The position numbers were made by a program, and so were the translations under genes. A stretch of DNA of 64,000 nt from positions 279,371 through 343,370 of the forward strand of contig JAMLHI010000003.1 in assembly GCA_023957235.1 (NCBI GenBank), read 5' to 3'. The DNA is from Chitinophagales bacterium (GTDB lineage Bacteria > Bacteroidota > Bacteroidia > Chitinophagales > JADIYW01). The notes below the pieces were generated by a model, which did not search any database, had not been told where the DNA came from, and saw only the letters and a program-made list of their open reading frames with translations. Positions 10,616 to 20,876 of this stretch are shown piece after piece; positions within the stretch are counted from its first letter, which is position 1; every line of letters starts with the position of its first letter.

Positions 10616-11011
10616 TCAAGATTTATCAAACCACACAGGAGTTTTATCTTCAGGTTCATAATTATAATTGACAGTAATTTCAGTATGAGCAAGTATGTCT
10701 TTTAGGGCAATAAATTCTATAATTTGTTCATCGTAATAAGTTCTGTAGATAGAATTGGGTTGATAGCTATGGTTATATAAACTTCCAAAACCTAGTGCAA
10801 TGGCAGTACTAAGATTATCTTCTTCCCATAAGAAATAATAATTGTACAGAAATGACTGATCAATCAGTTCTCTGTCCTTTGGAGGGCAGACAATTACAGG
10901 GCAGACCTCTATAATAGTTCCTTTAGAGATATCTATTGAAGCGAAAACCCCTCTGCCTTTCTTATCGACTTCTTTTATATAAATCATATTGAGCAAATTT
11001 AAGAGATTCAA
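10616..11011 (-). CDS. SET-domain protein (putative lysine methyltransferase)
   Basis: KGRGVFASIDISKGTIIEVCPV, GSLYNHSYQPN (NHSCxPN-like) and EITVNY motifs. The start may be the ATG at 10987. Confidence 0.8.
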   Translation of the reverse strand: MNLLNLLNMIYIKEVDKKGRGVFASIDISKGTIIEVCPVIVCPPKDRELIDQSFLYNYYFLWEEDNLSTAIALGFGSLYNHSYQPNSIYRTYYDEQIIEFIALKDILAHTEITVNYNYEPEDKTPVWFDKS

Positions 11012-11196
11012 ATTTCAAATCTATAATTGCGAGAGACATAAAAACAAATTGTACAAAGTAGGATAGATTTTCACTGGCTGGATTTTCAATAACTTTAAAA
11101 TAGTATTGAAATGATTGAAAAATAGAAGTAGAAGTTGTATAGGCTCATTTTTATTTCTTTGGATTAAATTCTCATTTCATATATATTTTTACTACA

Positions 11197-12822
11197 TTGA
11201 AAAAAGATAATTGTATTGATATGCGACGAGATTTTGTGATAGGATCTAGTTTCTTTTTAATTGTGACTTTAGGATTAGCTCTTTTTATGGATAAGAACTG
11301 GTGGGTATTATTTATTATCATATTTGTTTTGACTATTATGGGCTATATTGATATGTTTCAAACCAAACATACTATCAGGCGGATTTATCCATTGTTTGGG
11401 AGAATGAGATATGTGATGGAAGAGCTAAGGCCAAAAATTTATCAATATTTTGTAGAGTCAGATATTGATGGAAGGCCCATTAATCGAGTGGATCGTTCAA
11501 CAATATATCAAAGGGCAAAAAACGAAACAGATACAATTCCGTTTGGTACTCAGCTAGATGTCTATGCTGAGGGGTATGAGTGGATGTGTCATTCCATTGC
11601 ACCTAAAGCATTTGAAAAACTGGATCATAATCCGAGAGTAATATTTGGAAATAAAGATTGCAAGCAACCTTATGCTGCTAGCATATTAAATGTATCTGCA
11701 ATGAGTTATGGCGCATTGAGTTCCCAAGCAGTGGAAACGATGAATGCAGGAGCTAAAATTGGAGGTTTTGCACAAAATACTGGTGAGGGAGGGATTAGTC
11801 CATATCATTTGAAACATGGTGGCGATTTGATATGGCAAGTAGGCACAGGATATTTTGGTTGCAGAGATGAAAATGGCTTTTTCTCTCCTGAATTATTTGA
11901 AGAAAAGGCAAGAATTCCAAATGTCAAAATGATTGAACTGAAGCTATCTCAAGGAGCCAAACCAGGACATGGAGGCATACTTCCTGCATCTAAGAATACA
12001 GAAGAAATAGCAAAAATTAGACATATAGAACCGCATACGATTATTGCTTCTCCTCCGTATCATTCTGCCTTTAATACTCCCTTGGAAATGGTGAAATTTA
12101 TTCAACAACTGAGAGAGCTTTCTGGTGGAAAGCCAGTTGGATTTAAAATATGTATAGGTCATAAGAGTGAATTTATTTCTATTTGTCAAGCGATGATTCA
12201 TCTCGATATCTATCCAGATTTTATTACTGTAGATGGGGGAGAGGGTGGTACTGGTGCAGCTCCTCAAGAGTTTTCTAATTATGTTGGAGCACCATTATTA
12301 GATAGTCTAGCATTTGTTCAAAATATTTTGAATGGACTGAATATCAGAAAGCATATTAAAATTATAGCATCAGGAAAGATGATTACAGGATTTGATATCG
12401 CTAGAACAATTGCTCTAGGTGCAGATACTTGTAACTCAGCACGCGCTATGATGGTGGCTATTGGCTGTATTCAAGCATTGTTGTGTAACACCAATCGTTG
12501 TCCAACAGGGATTACAACTCATGATCCAAAATTGACAGTAGGCTTAGTAGTTGATGATAAAAAAGTTAGATTGGCAAATTATCATAAAGCAACAATCAAG
12601 AATTTTGTTGAATTATTAGGTGCATCGGGATTAGATGAGATGAAAAATTTGACTCGCTCTCATATATACCGTAGAGTGTATCTGAATAAAATGATGACCT
12701 ATGAAGAGATCTTTCCTTCAGTAGAAGTTGGCTCAATGCTAGAAGGGAATATTCCTGATAAGTATAAACCAGATTTTGCTAGTGCAAATATCAATAGATG
12801 GGGTATTCAGCATCTTGGATAA
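11197..12822 (+). CDS. FMN-binding glutamate-synthase-family protein (GltB domain-2-like) with N-terminal TM segments
   Basis: KLSQGAKPGHGGILP, VDGGEGGTGAAP and CIQALLCNTNRCPTGITT motifs. The start is a TTG at 11197 or the ATG at 11221. Confidence 0.85.
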   Translation: MKKDNCIDMRRDFVIGSSFFLIVTLGLALFMDKNWWVLFIIIFVLTIMGYIDMFQTKHTIRRIYPLFGRMRYVMEELRPKIYQYFVESDIDGRPINRVDRSTIYQRAKNETDTIPFGTQLDVYAEGYEWMCHSIAPKAFEKLDHNPRVIFGNKDCKQPYAASILNVSAMSYGALSSQAVETMNAGAKIGGFAQNTGEGGISPYHLKHGGDLIWQVGTGYFGCRDENGFFSPELFEEKARIPNVKMIELKLSQGAKPGHGGILPASKNTEEIAKIRHIEPHTIIASPPYHSAFNTPLEMVKFIQQLRELSGGKPVGFKICIGHKSEFISICQAMIHLDIYPDFITVDGGEGGTGAAPQEFSNYVGAPLLDSLAFVQNILNGLNIRKHIKIIASGKMITGFDIARTIALGADTCNSARAMMVAIGCIQALLCNTNRCPTGITTHDPKLTVGLVVDDKKVRLANYHKATIKNFVELLGASGLDEMKNLTRSHIYRRVYLNKMMTYEEIFPSVEVGSMLEGNIPDKYKPDFASANINRWGIQHLG

Positions 12823-12843
12823 TGATTGAAATAAGATAATGAA

Positions 12844-13446
12844 ATGAAGAAGGGAATTATATTTACTCCTGAAATTGATATTTATGCAGAAATTGAAAAG
12901 ATTTCCCAATTGTTTGATTTAGGTATGGACTATTTAATTTTAAGGAAGCAAGACAAAGAATTGTCGTATTGGTATGCGTATATTGAACAGTTTCCTTTTG
13001 GTTATGAAAGTAAAATGCTGACTTATGATTTTCAGTTATTACATGATTTAAATTTAGGAGGCTTTGTCTTTGAATCATTTACTGTGAATAGTTTGTCGGA
13101 GAAGGATTTGTCTGAAAATATTCGTCTTTTAAGGTCTCAAAATAAATTGAGTGTTCTTGTCGTTAATGATATAGAAAGTCTTATAAAGTATGATACAAAA
13201 TTTGATTTGTTAATTGTAGGCACGTCTCTTTGGACTCCAGAAATAAAAAAAGATATGAATTGTGATGTTTTAGAATATATTCAAAAGCGAGATAAATTAA
13301 ACTCTTGTATATCAATTAAATATTCTGAAGATGGAGCTAAATATGACAACTATGTATGTGCTTATGACTATACTCAGTTTTTGTGGAATCAGCCAAATGA
13401 GGCTATTGAAAAATTTAATAATAGAAGAAATGGCTTTATTGAATAA
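12844..13446 (+). CDS. Thiamine-phosphate-synthase-like (TenI/ThiE-like, probably degenerate) protein
   Basis: About 200 aa. The N-terminal pattern IFTPE...QLFDLGMDYLILRK is typical of short ThiE-like proteins, and the gene lies directly upstream of thiE. Confidence 0.45.
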   Translation: MKKGIIFTPEIDIYAEIEKISQLFDLGMDYLILRKQDKELSYWYAYIEQFPFGYESKMLTYDFQLLHDLNLGGFVFESFTVNSLSEKDLSENIRLLRSQNKLSVLVVNDIESLIKYDTKFDLLIVGTSLWTPEIKKDMNCDVLEYIQKRDKLNSCISIKYSEDGAKYDNYVCAYDYTQFLWNQPNEAIEKFNNRRNGFIE

Positions 13447-13525
13447 GATTGCATTTTGTGGCAAAGATATTGAGGCATTTGGAATGTATATTTTAATAAC
13501 TAGATTTAAGTGATTGGAACAGATT

Positions 13526-14155
13526 ATGATTAGCAAGTTACATGTGATTACACAAGATTTAGATGATTTGCCACATATAGAACAAGTAGAATTGGCTTGT
13601 AAGAGTGGAGCTAAATGGATTCAGCTGAGAATTAAAGATACAAATTGTGAAAAGTGGCGTGCAATTGCCAAAGATGCAGTAAAAATATGTAGGAGCTATG
13701 GAGCAAAGTTGATAATAAACGATAGTGTTCAAATGGCTATTGAAGTTGATGCCGATGGTGTACATTTAGGGAAAGATGACATGCCCATACATTCTGCTAG
13801 AGCATTATTAGGGAAAGACAAGATAATAGGCGGAACTGGGAGTACGATTGAAGATATTATGGAGCTAAGTCATTCAGGGGCAGATTATGCAGTGATAGGT
13901 CCATATAAATATACTCCGACTAAAAAGAATATGAATATTACTTTAGGGCTTTTAAAATATAAGGAGTTTGTTACAGAAATGAAAGACAAATTCATCAATT
14001 TTCCAATTATTGCTATAGGGGGAATTCATTTAGAAGATGTCCCTTCATTATTAAAGTTAGGAGTTTATGGAGTGGCTGTTTCTTCTGCTATCTTTTCTAC
14101 AAGCATACCTGGTCAGATGGTTAAAAGTTTCCAGAATATTGTGAGTAGTGTATAA
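13526..14155 (+). CDS. thiE: Thiamine-phosphate synthase
   Basis: LHVITQD, GAKWIQLRIKD, DGVHLGKDDMP, IIGGTG, IGPYKYTPTK and AIGGI motifs. The ATG at 13526 is preferred over the TTG at 13514. Confidence 0.85.
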   Translation: MISKLHVITQDLDDLPHIEQVELACKSGAKWIQLRIKDTNCEKWRAIAKDAVKICRSYGAKLIINDSVQMAIEVDADGVHLGKDDMPIHSARALLGKDKIIGGTGSTIEDIMELSHSGADYAVIGPYKYTPTKKNMNITLGLLKYKEFVTEMKDKFINFPIIAIGGIHLEDVPSLLKLGVYGVAVSSAIFSTSIPGQMVKSFQNIVSSV

Positions 14156-14317
14156 ATAAACATTGATAAAATTGAATGTTTATTATTGAATTATCATTTT
14201 TGTACTGTAAAAATTATTAATTCAATAAAAAAAGAGGATAAATTTTAAATTTTATTATTAATATATTTGGAGTTATCATAAGTATTAATTTACTTTAGGT
14301 GATAAAATTATAATAAT

Positions 14318-15523
14318 TTGAAAACTTCAACTTCGTTCGATATTGATGACTTAACAACTAGTCATTCATCTCAATTGTGCACCAGATGCTGTCAAGATAC
14401 TACTGTTCCATTTATTACTTTTGATGAACAAGGTGTATGTAATTATTGTCACTTTCATGATATGCTGGAAGGTGTTTTCCCAAATGGAGAAAAGGGAAGG
14501 GAAATATTGACAAAGTTATTTGACAAAGTAAAAGCAAAAGGTAAAGGGAAGAAGTATGATTGTATTGCTGGGGTAAGTGGAGGTAGAGATAGTACATATT
14601 TGCTTTACTTTTTAGTAAAGATATGGGGACTTAGACCTTTGGCTGTTCATTTTGATGATGGATTTGATAATCCTGTAGCCACAGAGAATATGTTGAAGGC
14701 ATGTAAGATATTAGGCGTAGATTTTAAGAATGTAGTTTCCGACTGGGAGGAAGCTAAAGAATTAAAAATAGATTTTTTGAAAGCATCGACTCCTGATATG
14801 AATATGGGTACAGATATAGGTATTGCTTCTTCATTATATGGTGCAGCAGCCCAAGAGGATGTCAAGTTTATTTTTATTGGTCAATCGTTTAGAACTGAAG
14901 GTACTAAGCCTTTGATATGGTCATTTTTTGATGGAGACTATCTCAGAGATGTTCATCGTCGTTTTAGCAAATTGCCATTAAAAGGATGGTCACCTAATCA
15001 GCCTAACTTTAATTTTGGGGCTAAAGAATTGGTGTATTATTCATTTTTTAGAGGAATACAAACCTATACTCCATTGTATTATTGGGATTATATTCGTCCC
15101 GAAGCTCAAAAAATAATTGAAAGGGAATTGGATTGGATATATCCAGGAGCGCATTATTTTGATGACCTATACCACAGCTTAATTAAGTATGTTCATCGAG
15201 TAAAGTTCAAAATTGATATGAATATCAATAGTGATGCTGCATTGGTTCGCTCTGGTTTTATGTCAAGAGAAGAGGCTATTAAAAGGGCACATGGGATTTA
15301 TAAAATAGAAGATCCGGTAGTAATAAATTCATGTATTGAAAAATTGGGTGTTTCAAAAGAACAGTTTGAAGAATGGATGGCATTAGCTCCCAAAGATTTT
15401 AGAGATTATAACACGATGTATAATTGGATACGTCCATTTAGAGGAGTGATAAAGATATTATCAAAGCTGAATATTATCCCTAAAATTGTTTATTACAAAT
15501 ATTTTGTTTTGAACAAATTGTAA
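14318..15523 (+). CDS. N-acetyl sugar amidotransferase (PP-loop ATPase, WbpG/WbuX-like)
   Basis: N-terminal Cys-rich ribbon (CTRCC...CNYCHFH) and a PP-loop (CIAGVSGGRDSTY). Apparent TTG start. Confidence 0.8.
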   Translation: MKTSTSFDIDDLTTSHSSQLCTRCCQDTTVPFITFDEQGVCNYCHFHDMLEGVFPNGEKGREILTKLFDKVKAKGKGKKYDCIAGVSGGRDSTYLLYFLVKIWGLRPLAVHFDDGFDNPVATENMLKACKILGVDFKNVVSDWEEAKELKIDFLKASTPDMNMGTDIGIASSLYGAAAQEDVKFIFIGQSFRTEGTKPLIWSFFDGDYLRDVHRRFSKLPLKGWSPNQPNFNFGAKELVYYSFFRGIQTYTPLYYWDYIRPEAQKIIERELDWIYPGAHYFDDLYHSLIKYVHRVKFKIDMNINSDAALVRSGFMSREEAIKRAHGIYKIEDPVVINSCIEKLGVSKEQFEEWMALAPKDFRDYNTMYNWIRPFRGVIKILSKLNIIPKIVYYKYFVLNKL

Positions 15524-15735
15524 TTTATTGATTAGCGGAGACATTAATATAATTCGTCATTTTAATAACTATATTGGATGATGATAGTCCAAAGTTTAAG
15601 TAATAAGTGCAACACTTTTAGTCAATTTATTTTTTGGGTTATACTTATTCTTTCAATTTACTAATTTGAAAATATTTTTCATTATAAATGGCACGCTTAT
15701 AAAAATGCTCTCTATTCTTGCCGGGGTGTAGTGAT

Positions 15736-17001
15736 TTATATTCCATACTTTCTCCAAAACTCTTCAATACTAATAATAATTCCATCATGTAACTGCACAG
15801 ATGTAAATCTATCTCTAAATAGCACAGGAAATTCTAGCGCATACTTAGTAAGTCTATTGAAGTTTTTATCAAAGACTGCATATTTATCTTTACTCTTATT
15901 CTTAATCTGAAAATATGGATATCCTTCATCATTAAATGCATCTAAATCAAATTGAAAAGGTAATAAGACTTCCTTTTGCTCTTTGACTAAAAATAGTCCA
16001 TAACGATTATTTTTCCTGAATGGAATACTATAACAAAACCTGTTGGTATAGACTTCATCCCAATCAAATGGGCTTGAATAACCTGTATGAGGAATATGAA
16101 TAGAAAACTTTGACTTTTCATTTTCCAAGATAAAATAAACCACTTCATTATGCCTTCCATAATTCTTTTGAAAAGATGATATCGATTTAAACTCACAAGG
16201 AATAATGATTTCCAGATGCTTATTCATCATACCATACTTGTCACCTTGATTTAAAATTAAAAAATCATAAGCATAGCCATACAGTTGAATATAATCATAC
16301 ATCATTTCTGCATCCATTTCAGATAAAATCAAATCGTAATTGAGTGGAATACAAATATTTCCTTCAAAATCTACAACTCCATACTTGCCGTCTTTCTCAA
16401 CTACTAAATAATTCCCCAAAGGCGGAGTATTAATAAAATCATACTGTGGAGCCAATACAATCTCACCAAACTTATTTATCAAGCCATATTTTGATTCATT
16501 GTCTATACAAATGGAAACACCTTTGTAGAATAGTTCGTCTTCTTTTATTAGATATTTTAATCGAACACCTTTCGCTCTAAAAACCAACCTTCTGTCACCA
16601 TAATATTCATCAACTGCTAAAATATATGATGCTATAATCTTTTTTGTTTTATCATCATATTCAGTGACTTGTTCTAGACTATATTTTCCATACAAACTAC
16701 TATATTTATATTCAGCATCATCTATATCTGCATATTTGATTAAATCTTCCATAAAATCTGTAAAGACATTATCATCTCTTCCAATAAGTTGATTTAAAGA
16801 AATATTGCTTCTATACGTTTTTTCAAGAAAATATGCGATGTATTGATTGATTAAAGCTTTGTCAAAATCAGGATTAGTTTTAAGTACAGCACTAAAAAAA
16901 TCTACAACATTCATCTTCTCATATAAGTTTCTATGAAGATAAAGATATATTGTTTTAAACTTTACAAAAGCTACCTTTTCAAAAAGAGAGACTCCCATCA
17001 T
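15736..17001 (-). CDS. WG/KWG-repeat protein
   Basis: Repeated KYGLINKFGEIVLAPQYD, KYGVVDFEGN, KYGMMNK and RYGLF units. Confidence 0.7.
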   Translation of the reverse strand: MMGVSLFEKVAFVKFKTIYLYLHRNLYEKMNVVDFFSAVLKTNPDFDKALINQYIAYFLEKTYRSNISLNQLIGRDDNVFTDFMEDLIKYADIDDAEYKYSSLYGKYSLEQVTEYDDKTKKIIASYILAVDEYYGDRRLVFRAKGVRLKYLIKEDELFYKGVSICIDNESKYGLINKFGEIVLAPQYDFINTPPLGNYLVVEKDGKYGVVDFEGNICIPLNYDLILSEMDAEMMYDYIQLYGYAYDFLILNQGDKYGMMNKHLEIIIPCEFKSISSFQKNYGRHNEVVYFILENEKSKFSIHIPHTGYSSPFDWDEVYTNRFCYSIPFRKNNRYGLFLVKEQKEVLLPFQFDLDAFNDEGYPYFQIKNKSKDKYAVFDKNFNRLTKYALEFPVLFRDRFTSVQLHDGIIISIEEFWRKYGI

Positions 17002-17253
17002 TTAAGCACTATCAATCTACGCTATCATAACTAAATAGCTATCATAAGAGGATTAGTTTGACAGATAAATTCCCAAACCAACTTTTATAGTAAATTAAAA
17101 TTAATGAAGCATATTCTTAGTTTGCAAGATTTTGGGAAGTGTTCAGATATCGTTTGCTTTTTCTGTTTGGTGGTAGGAGATGAACGTAAGTCTTATAAAG
17201 TTTTGTTAAGTTAAAAGAATATTGTTTACTAAATTTATTATAATTTAATCATC

Positions 17254-18501
17254 ATGCTCATTCGCTTATTTAATAAGATTTATCATTTCGTAATTAACAA
17301 TATCTTTTTGAAGATTATATTTTATTTAGGATTATTCATTTATCCATTTCTATTTTATTTTTTCTTTAAAGAGTATGGACTTTTTACTATTGGAATACAT
17401 ACAAATCTTATCATCCCATTGTACTTCATAGTAATAGTTGATTTTTTGAGCAAAACAACACCATCTTTTTCTCCTCTATTTTTAAAGATTAAATATTTTA
17501 TTACAGTCTATCTTATAATTGAATTTATTTTAATACTTATTAAGCCTGGAAGTATAAATCTTCCTGGGCGCTATGGCCAATATACTAACAATACTAAAGT
17601 CAATATTAATAATTATTATCACATCAACAAACCAGAAGAGTATATTTCAACAAAGGAAAAAGAATTTGTATTTGAAAGAAAACAAAACAGTCTCGGTTTG
17701 TCTGACAAAGAATGGATAAAAGAAAAACCGGAAGGAACATACAGAATTATCTGTTTGGGAGATTCATTTACAGAAGGTGATGGTGTAGATTATGAACACT
17801 CTTATGTGCAAGCTCTTCAAAGAATATTGAGTAAGAAATATAAAAAAATTGAAGTTCTAAATGCTGGGAAAAGAGGCTCAGATCCTTTTTTCAACTTTAA
17901 ATATCTAGAAGACAAACTAGTAGATTATCAACCTGACATGGTGATACAGAGTTTCACTGCAAATGATTATTATTATGATTTTGTTGGAAGAGGTGGCATG
18001 GAACGTTTTGGTGAAAACGGGATTTTAAATACCAGAAAAGATTTTTGGTGGGAGCCGGTTTATGCGGCGAGCTATACAGCCAGAATACTCATACAAACAT
18101 TGGGAGGCTACGATAAATATTTAATCAAAAAAAGTAAATATGAGCAATCTATTGAAGAAATGAAACCCAAAACGATAGTTTTATTTAAGGAATATCAACA
18201 ATTTTCAAAAGAGCATCAATTTGATTTAGTTGTTTTTACACTCCCTTTTAAAAACGATTATCAAGGCAATAAAGAGAATGAAAAGTTTTATCAAGAGGTT
18301 CATCAGGAGTTTTTAAAATTCAATCTTCGCTTTTATAATTTACAGTCTTGTTATGATAGCTATATTGAAAATCATCAAGCGTCTTACAAAGATTATTATT
18401 GGAAGAAAGACGGTCATCACAATGCAAAAGGTTATGAGATGATGGCTGAATGTGTGGAAGATATAATTGAACCTACCTTATCAAAACACTTTCAGCCATA
18501 A
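17254..18501 (+). CDS. Membrane-anchored SGNH/GDSL hydrolase (polysaccharide esterase/acyltransferase-like)
   Basis: N-terminal TM helices. Block I is IICLGDSFTEGDG, followed by NAGKRGS, and block V is DGHHNAKGYEMMA (DxxH). Confidence 0.8.
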   Translation: MLIRLFNKIYHFVINNIFLKIIFYLGLFIYPFLFYFFFKEYGLFTIGIHTNLIIPLYFIVIVDFLSKTTPSFSPLFLKIKYFITVYLIIEFILILIKPGSINLPGRYGQYTNNTKVNINNYYHINKPEEYISTKEKEFVFERKQNSLGLSDKEWIKEKPEGTYRIICLGDSFTEGDGVDYEHSYVQALQRILSKKYKKIEVLNAGKRGSDPFFNFKYLEDKLVDYQPDMVIQSFTANDYYYDFVGRGGMERFGENGILNTRKDFWWEPVYAASYTARILIQTLGGYDKYLIKKSKYEQSIEEMKPKTIVLFKEYQQFSKEHQFDLVVFTLPFKNDYQGNKENEKFYQEVHQEFLKFNLRFYNLQSCYDSYIENHQASYKDYYWKKDGHHNAKGYEMMAECVEDIIEPTLSKHFQP

Positions 18502-18536
18502 GAATATCTAATTGTTGTACAATAAATATGCGTCAA

Positions 18537-20156
18537 TCACTTTTCTAAATAATAATCTCCTATCACAAGAGCATCTAAGCCACTGCCATAAAATGTAGAA
18601 ATCGCCTGAATAGGATTTTCTACTATTGGTTGGTGGTTGACGTTGAAACTAGTATTAAGAGACACTCCATGACCGATGAGGCGTTTAAGCTCTTTTAAGT
18701 ATTCGTAATACAGCGCATTTTGTTGTGCGTTGACTGTTTGTATCCTAGCAGTATCATTGATATGAATAACACCGGGCAGCACCTGCCTCGCTCCTTCTTT
18801 TGCCTGATAATTAATCGTCATGTAAGGAGCTATTTTCTGCTTACCTTCAAAATATAAATCAAAGTCTTCTTCTAAAACCGAAGGACAAAAAGGTCGAAAC
18901 CCTTCTCTAAACTTTATCTTTTGATTGACTATGGATTGTACATCTTTTGAAAGCGGATTGGTTAAGATACTTCTATTCCCTAAAGCTCTCGGACCAAACT
19001 CCATACGCCCTTGAAACCAGCCTATTACTCGACCTTTGGCGACCATCTGTGCCGCCAATAAAGCTGGGTCTTTAGTGTGTTTGGGCTGTAAACCTAGTTT
19101 CTTAAATGTCGATTCAATTTCTTCATTCGTATAAGATTGCCCCCAATAAACATTTGTGACTTTTTGAGGTGTTATTCCTTGTGAGATACCTGCTAAATAA
19201 GTAGCTCCTTGCGAGATACCTGCATCTCCTGCTGCTGGTTGCACAAATAAAGCATCTACTTCCGACATTTCTATGATGACCTTATTGGCTGCACAATTTA
19301 GACCCACACCTCCAGAAATACAGACTTTTTTTATTCCCGTCTGTCGAATATATTTTTTAATCAAAGAAATCATTGCAATTTCTAATCTTTGCTGTGCGGA
19401 AGCAGCGAAGTCTTTATAGAATGATGTGAGAGGTGTTTTCGGTAATCTATTGATTCCATATTGTTGAATCAACTTATCGCTAAAGATAGCTTGTTGTATA
19501 GATGGTTGTGGCTGTCCGGGTATTATTTTTTGGATATAATCCAAATTGAGAAAAAAACCATTTTCATCTACTTTTAAAACATCTGATAAATCAATCTCTG
19601 CTTTGCCATAAGGAGCCAAACCCATCAATTTAAACTCATCACTGTCTCTCACAAAACCACAATACTGAGTTACCATTCCATAAAACATTCCTAAGCTATT
19701 AGGACGTTCTATGCGTTCTAAAACTTCTATTTGAGTACCTCTACCTATAGCGACTTGCGTACCTATACCATCTCCTGAGTTGTCAAAAGTAAAAATCAAA
19801 GATTCTTGAAATCCTGACGAAAAATAGGAGCCTGCTGCATGACAATCATGATGATGAAACCTCATTATTTGTGGACAATATCCAAAATTAGTTTCAAAAT
19901 AGTTTTTTAAAATATCTTCATATTGCTCCCCCCAAGTACTACCATGTGTAGCGACAATATTAACATCTTGAATTGTAATTTTTGCAATTTCAAGGACTTG
20001 TCGTATAGCTAAATCAGGGAGTTGATGTGGTGAAGATTTAATTCTATTCAATCGTTCTTCCTCGACTGCTGCTAATATTTCTCCATCCTTCATCAATACT
20101 GCAGAAGCATCTCTATACCCTAGTCGAACACCACCATTAATACCTAATATATACAT
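18537..20156 (-). CDS. Carbamoyltransferase (NodU/CmcH family)
   Basis: MYILGINGG...RDASAVLMKDGEILAAVEEERLNRIK N-terminus, HHHDCHAAGSY and GGVGLNCAANK motifs. Confidence 0.9.
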   Translation of the reverse strand: MYILGINGGVRLGYRDASAVLMKDGEILAAVEEERLNRIKSSPHQLPDLAIRQVLEIAKITIQDVNIVATHGSTWGEQYEDILKNYFETNFGYCPQIMRFHHHDCHAAGSYFSSGFQESLIFTFDNSGDGIGTQVAIGRGTQIEVLERIERPNSLGMFYGMVTQYCGFVRDSDEFKLMGLAPYGKAEIDLSDVLKVDENGFFLNLDYIQKIIPGQPQPSIQQAIFSDKLIQQYGINRLPKTPLTSFYKDFAASAQQRLEIAMISLIKKYIRQTGIKKVCISGGVGLNCAANKVIIEMSEVDALFVQPAAGDAGISQGATYLAGISQGITPQKVTNVYWGQSYTNEEIESTFKKLGLQPKHTKDPALLAAQMVAKGRVIGWFQGRMEFGPRALGNRSILTNPLSKDVQSIVNQKIKFREGFRPFCPSVLEEDFDLYFEGKQKIAPYMTINYQAKEGARQVLPGVIHINDTARIQTVNAQQNALYYEYLKELKRLIGHGVSLNTSFNVNHQPIVENPIQAISTFYGSGLDALVIGDYYLEK

Positions 20157-20516
20157 ACTTAATCAATAAAAATAAGCTGATTTAAGAGATTGACAAATAT
20201 TTTATTTAGATTTTAATAGATACTTGATTTTTTTTTATATCTATTCATTATGAAAATGAATTTTATTACTTAGAAATTTTCAAAATATGTTTCTAATTTA
20301 CAGAATTAGTTCACAATTTTCTAAAGAATATTTTCCATAGTTTGATTATAATTAGATTGAAAAGAATATTATTGATTTGATGGGTTTAATGATTGAAGAA
20401 TTAGATATTTAGTGCGTATTATATCATTATTGACACTTGTTTTAAAATACAAAATTGCTTGCTAGACTGAAAATGCGTTATGGGCAATTATAGAATTATT
20501 ATTATTTTTAAAGGAG

Positions 20517-20861
20517 ATGAAGCCTCAGATAATCACATTATTCAAGGATTATCAAAAACTATCAGAAAAAAATAGTGTCAAGTTGATTGTGTTTACTTTA
20601 CCCTTTGTACCAAACTTTTGAGGGTCTTCTGAAAATTATGAGTTTTATATGGAGTTTAAAAATGAGTTTGGAGGCTTTGGTCTTGATTTTTATAATTTAG
20701 AGCCCTGTTAAGAGAGCTATATGTAAGTTCATCACACTGATTAAAAAGATTATTATTGGAATAAAGATGATCATCAAAACACATATAGTTACGAGTTGAT
20801 TGCCATTTGTATTGAGGATATTATCTCACCATTTATATTACTACAGAAAGAGAAAACATAA
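20517..20861 (+). pseudogene. Decayed 3' fragment of an SGNH hydrolase paralogous to 17254-18501
   Basis: A single frame reads MKPQIITLFKDYQKLSEKNSVKLIVFTLPF...*...FYNLEPC*ESYM*...*KDYYWNKDDHQNTYSYELIAICIEDII. It is collinear with the last ~115 aa of the intact gene. It has 4 in-frame stops, and catalytic DGHH has become DDHQ. Confidence 0.85.
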
Positions 20862-20876
20862 TGGCTAAAATTATTT

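Noticed and set aside
12823-13525. Looked for a TPP riboswitch upstream of the thiE-like and thiE genes.
   Set aside because: The intergenic spaces are only about 20 nt (12823-12843) and about 80 nt (13447-13525). They lack the conserved CUGAGA / ACCUGAUCUGGAU-type elements.
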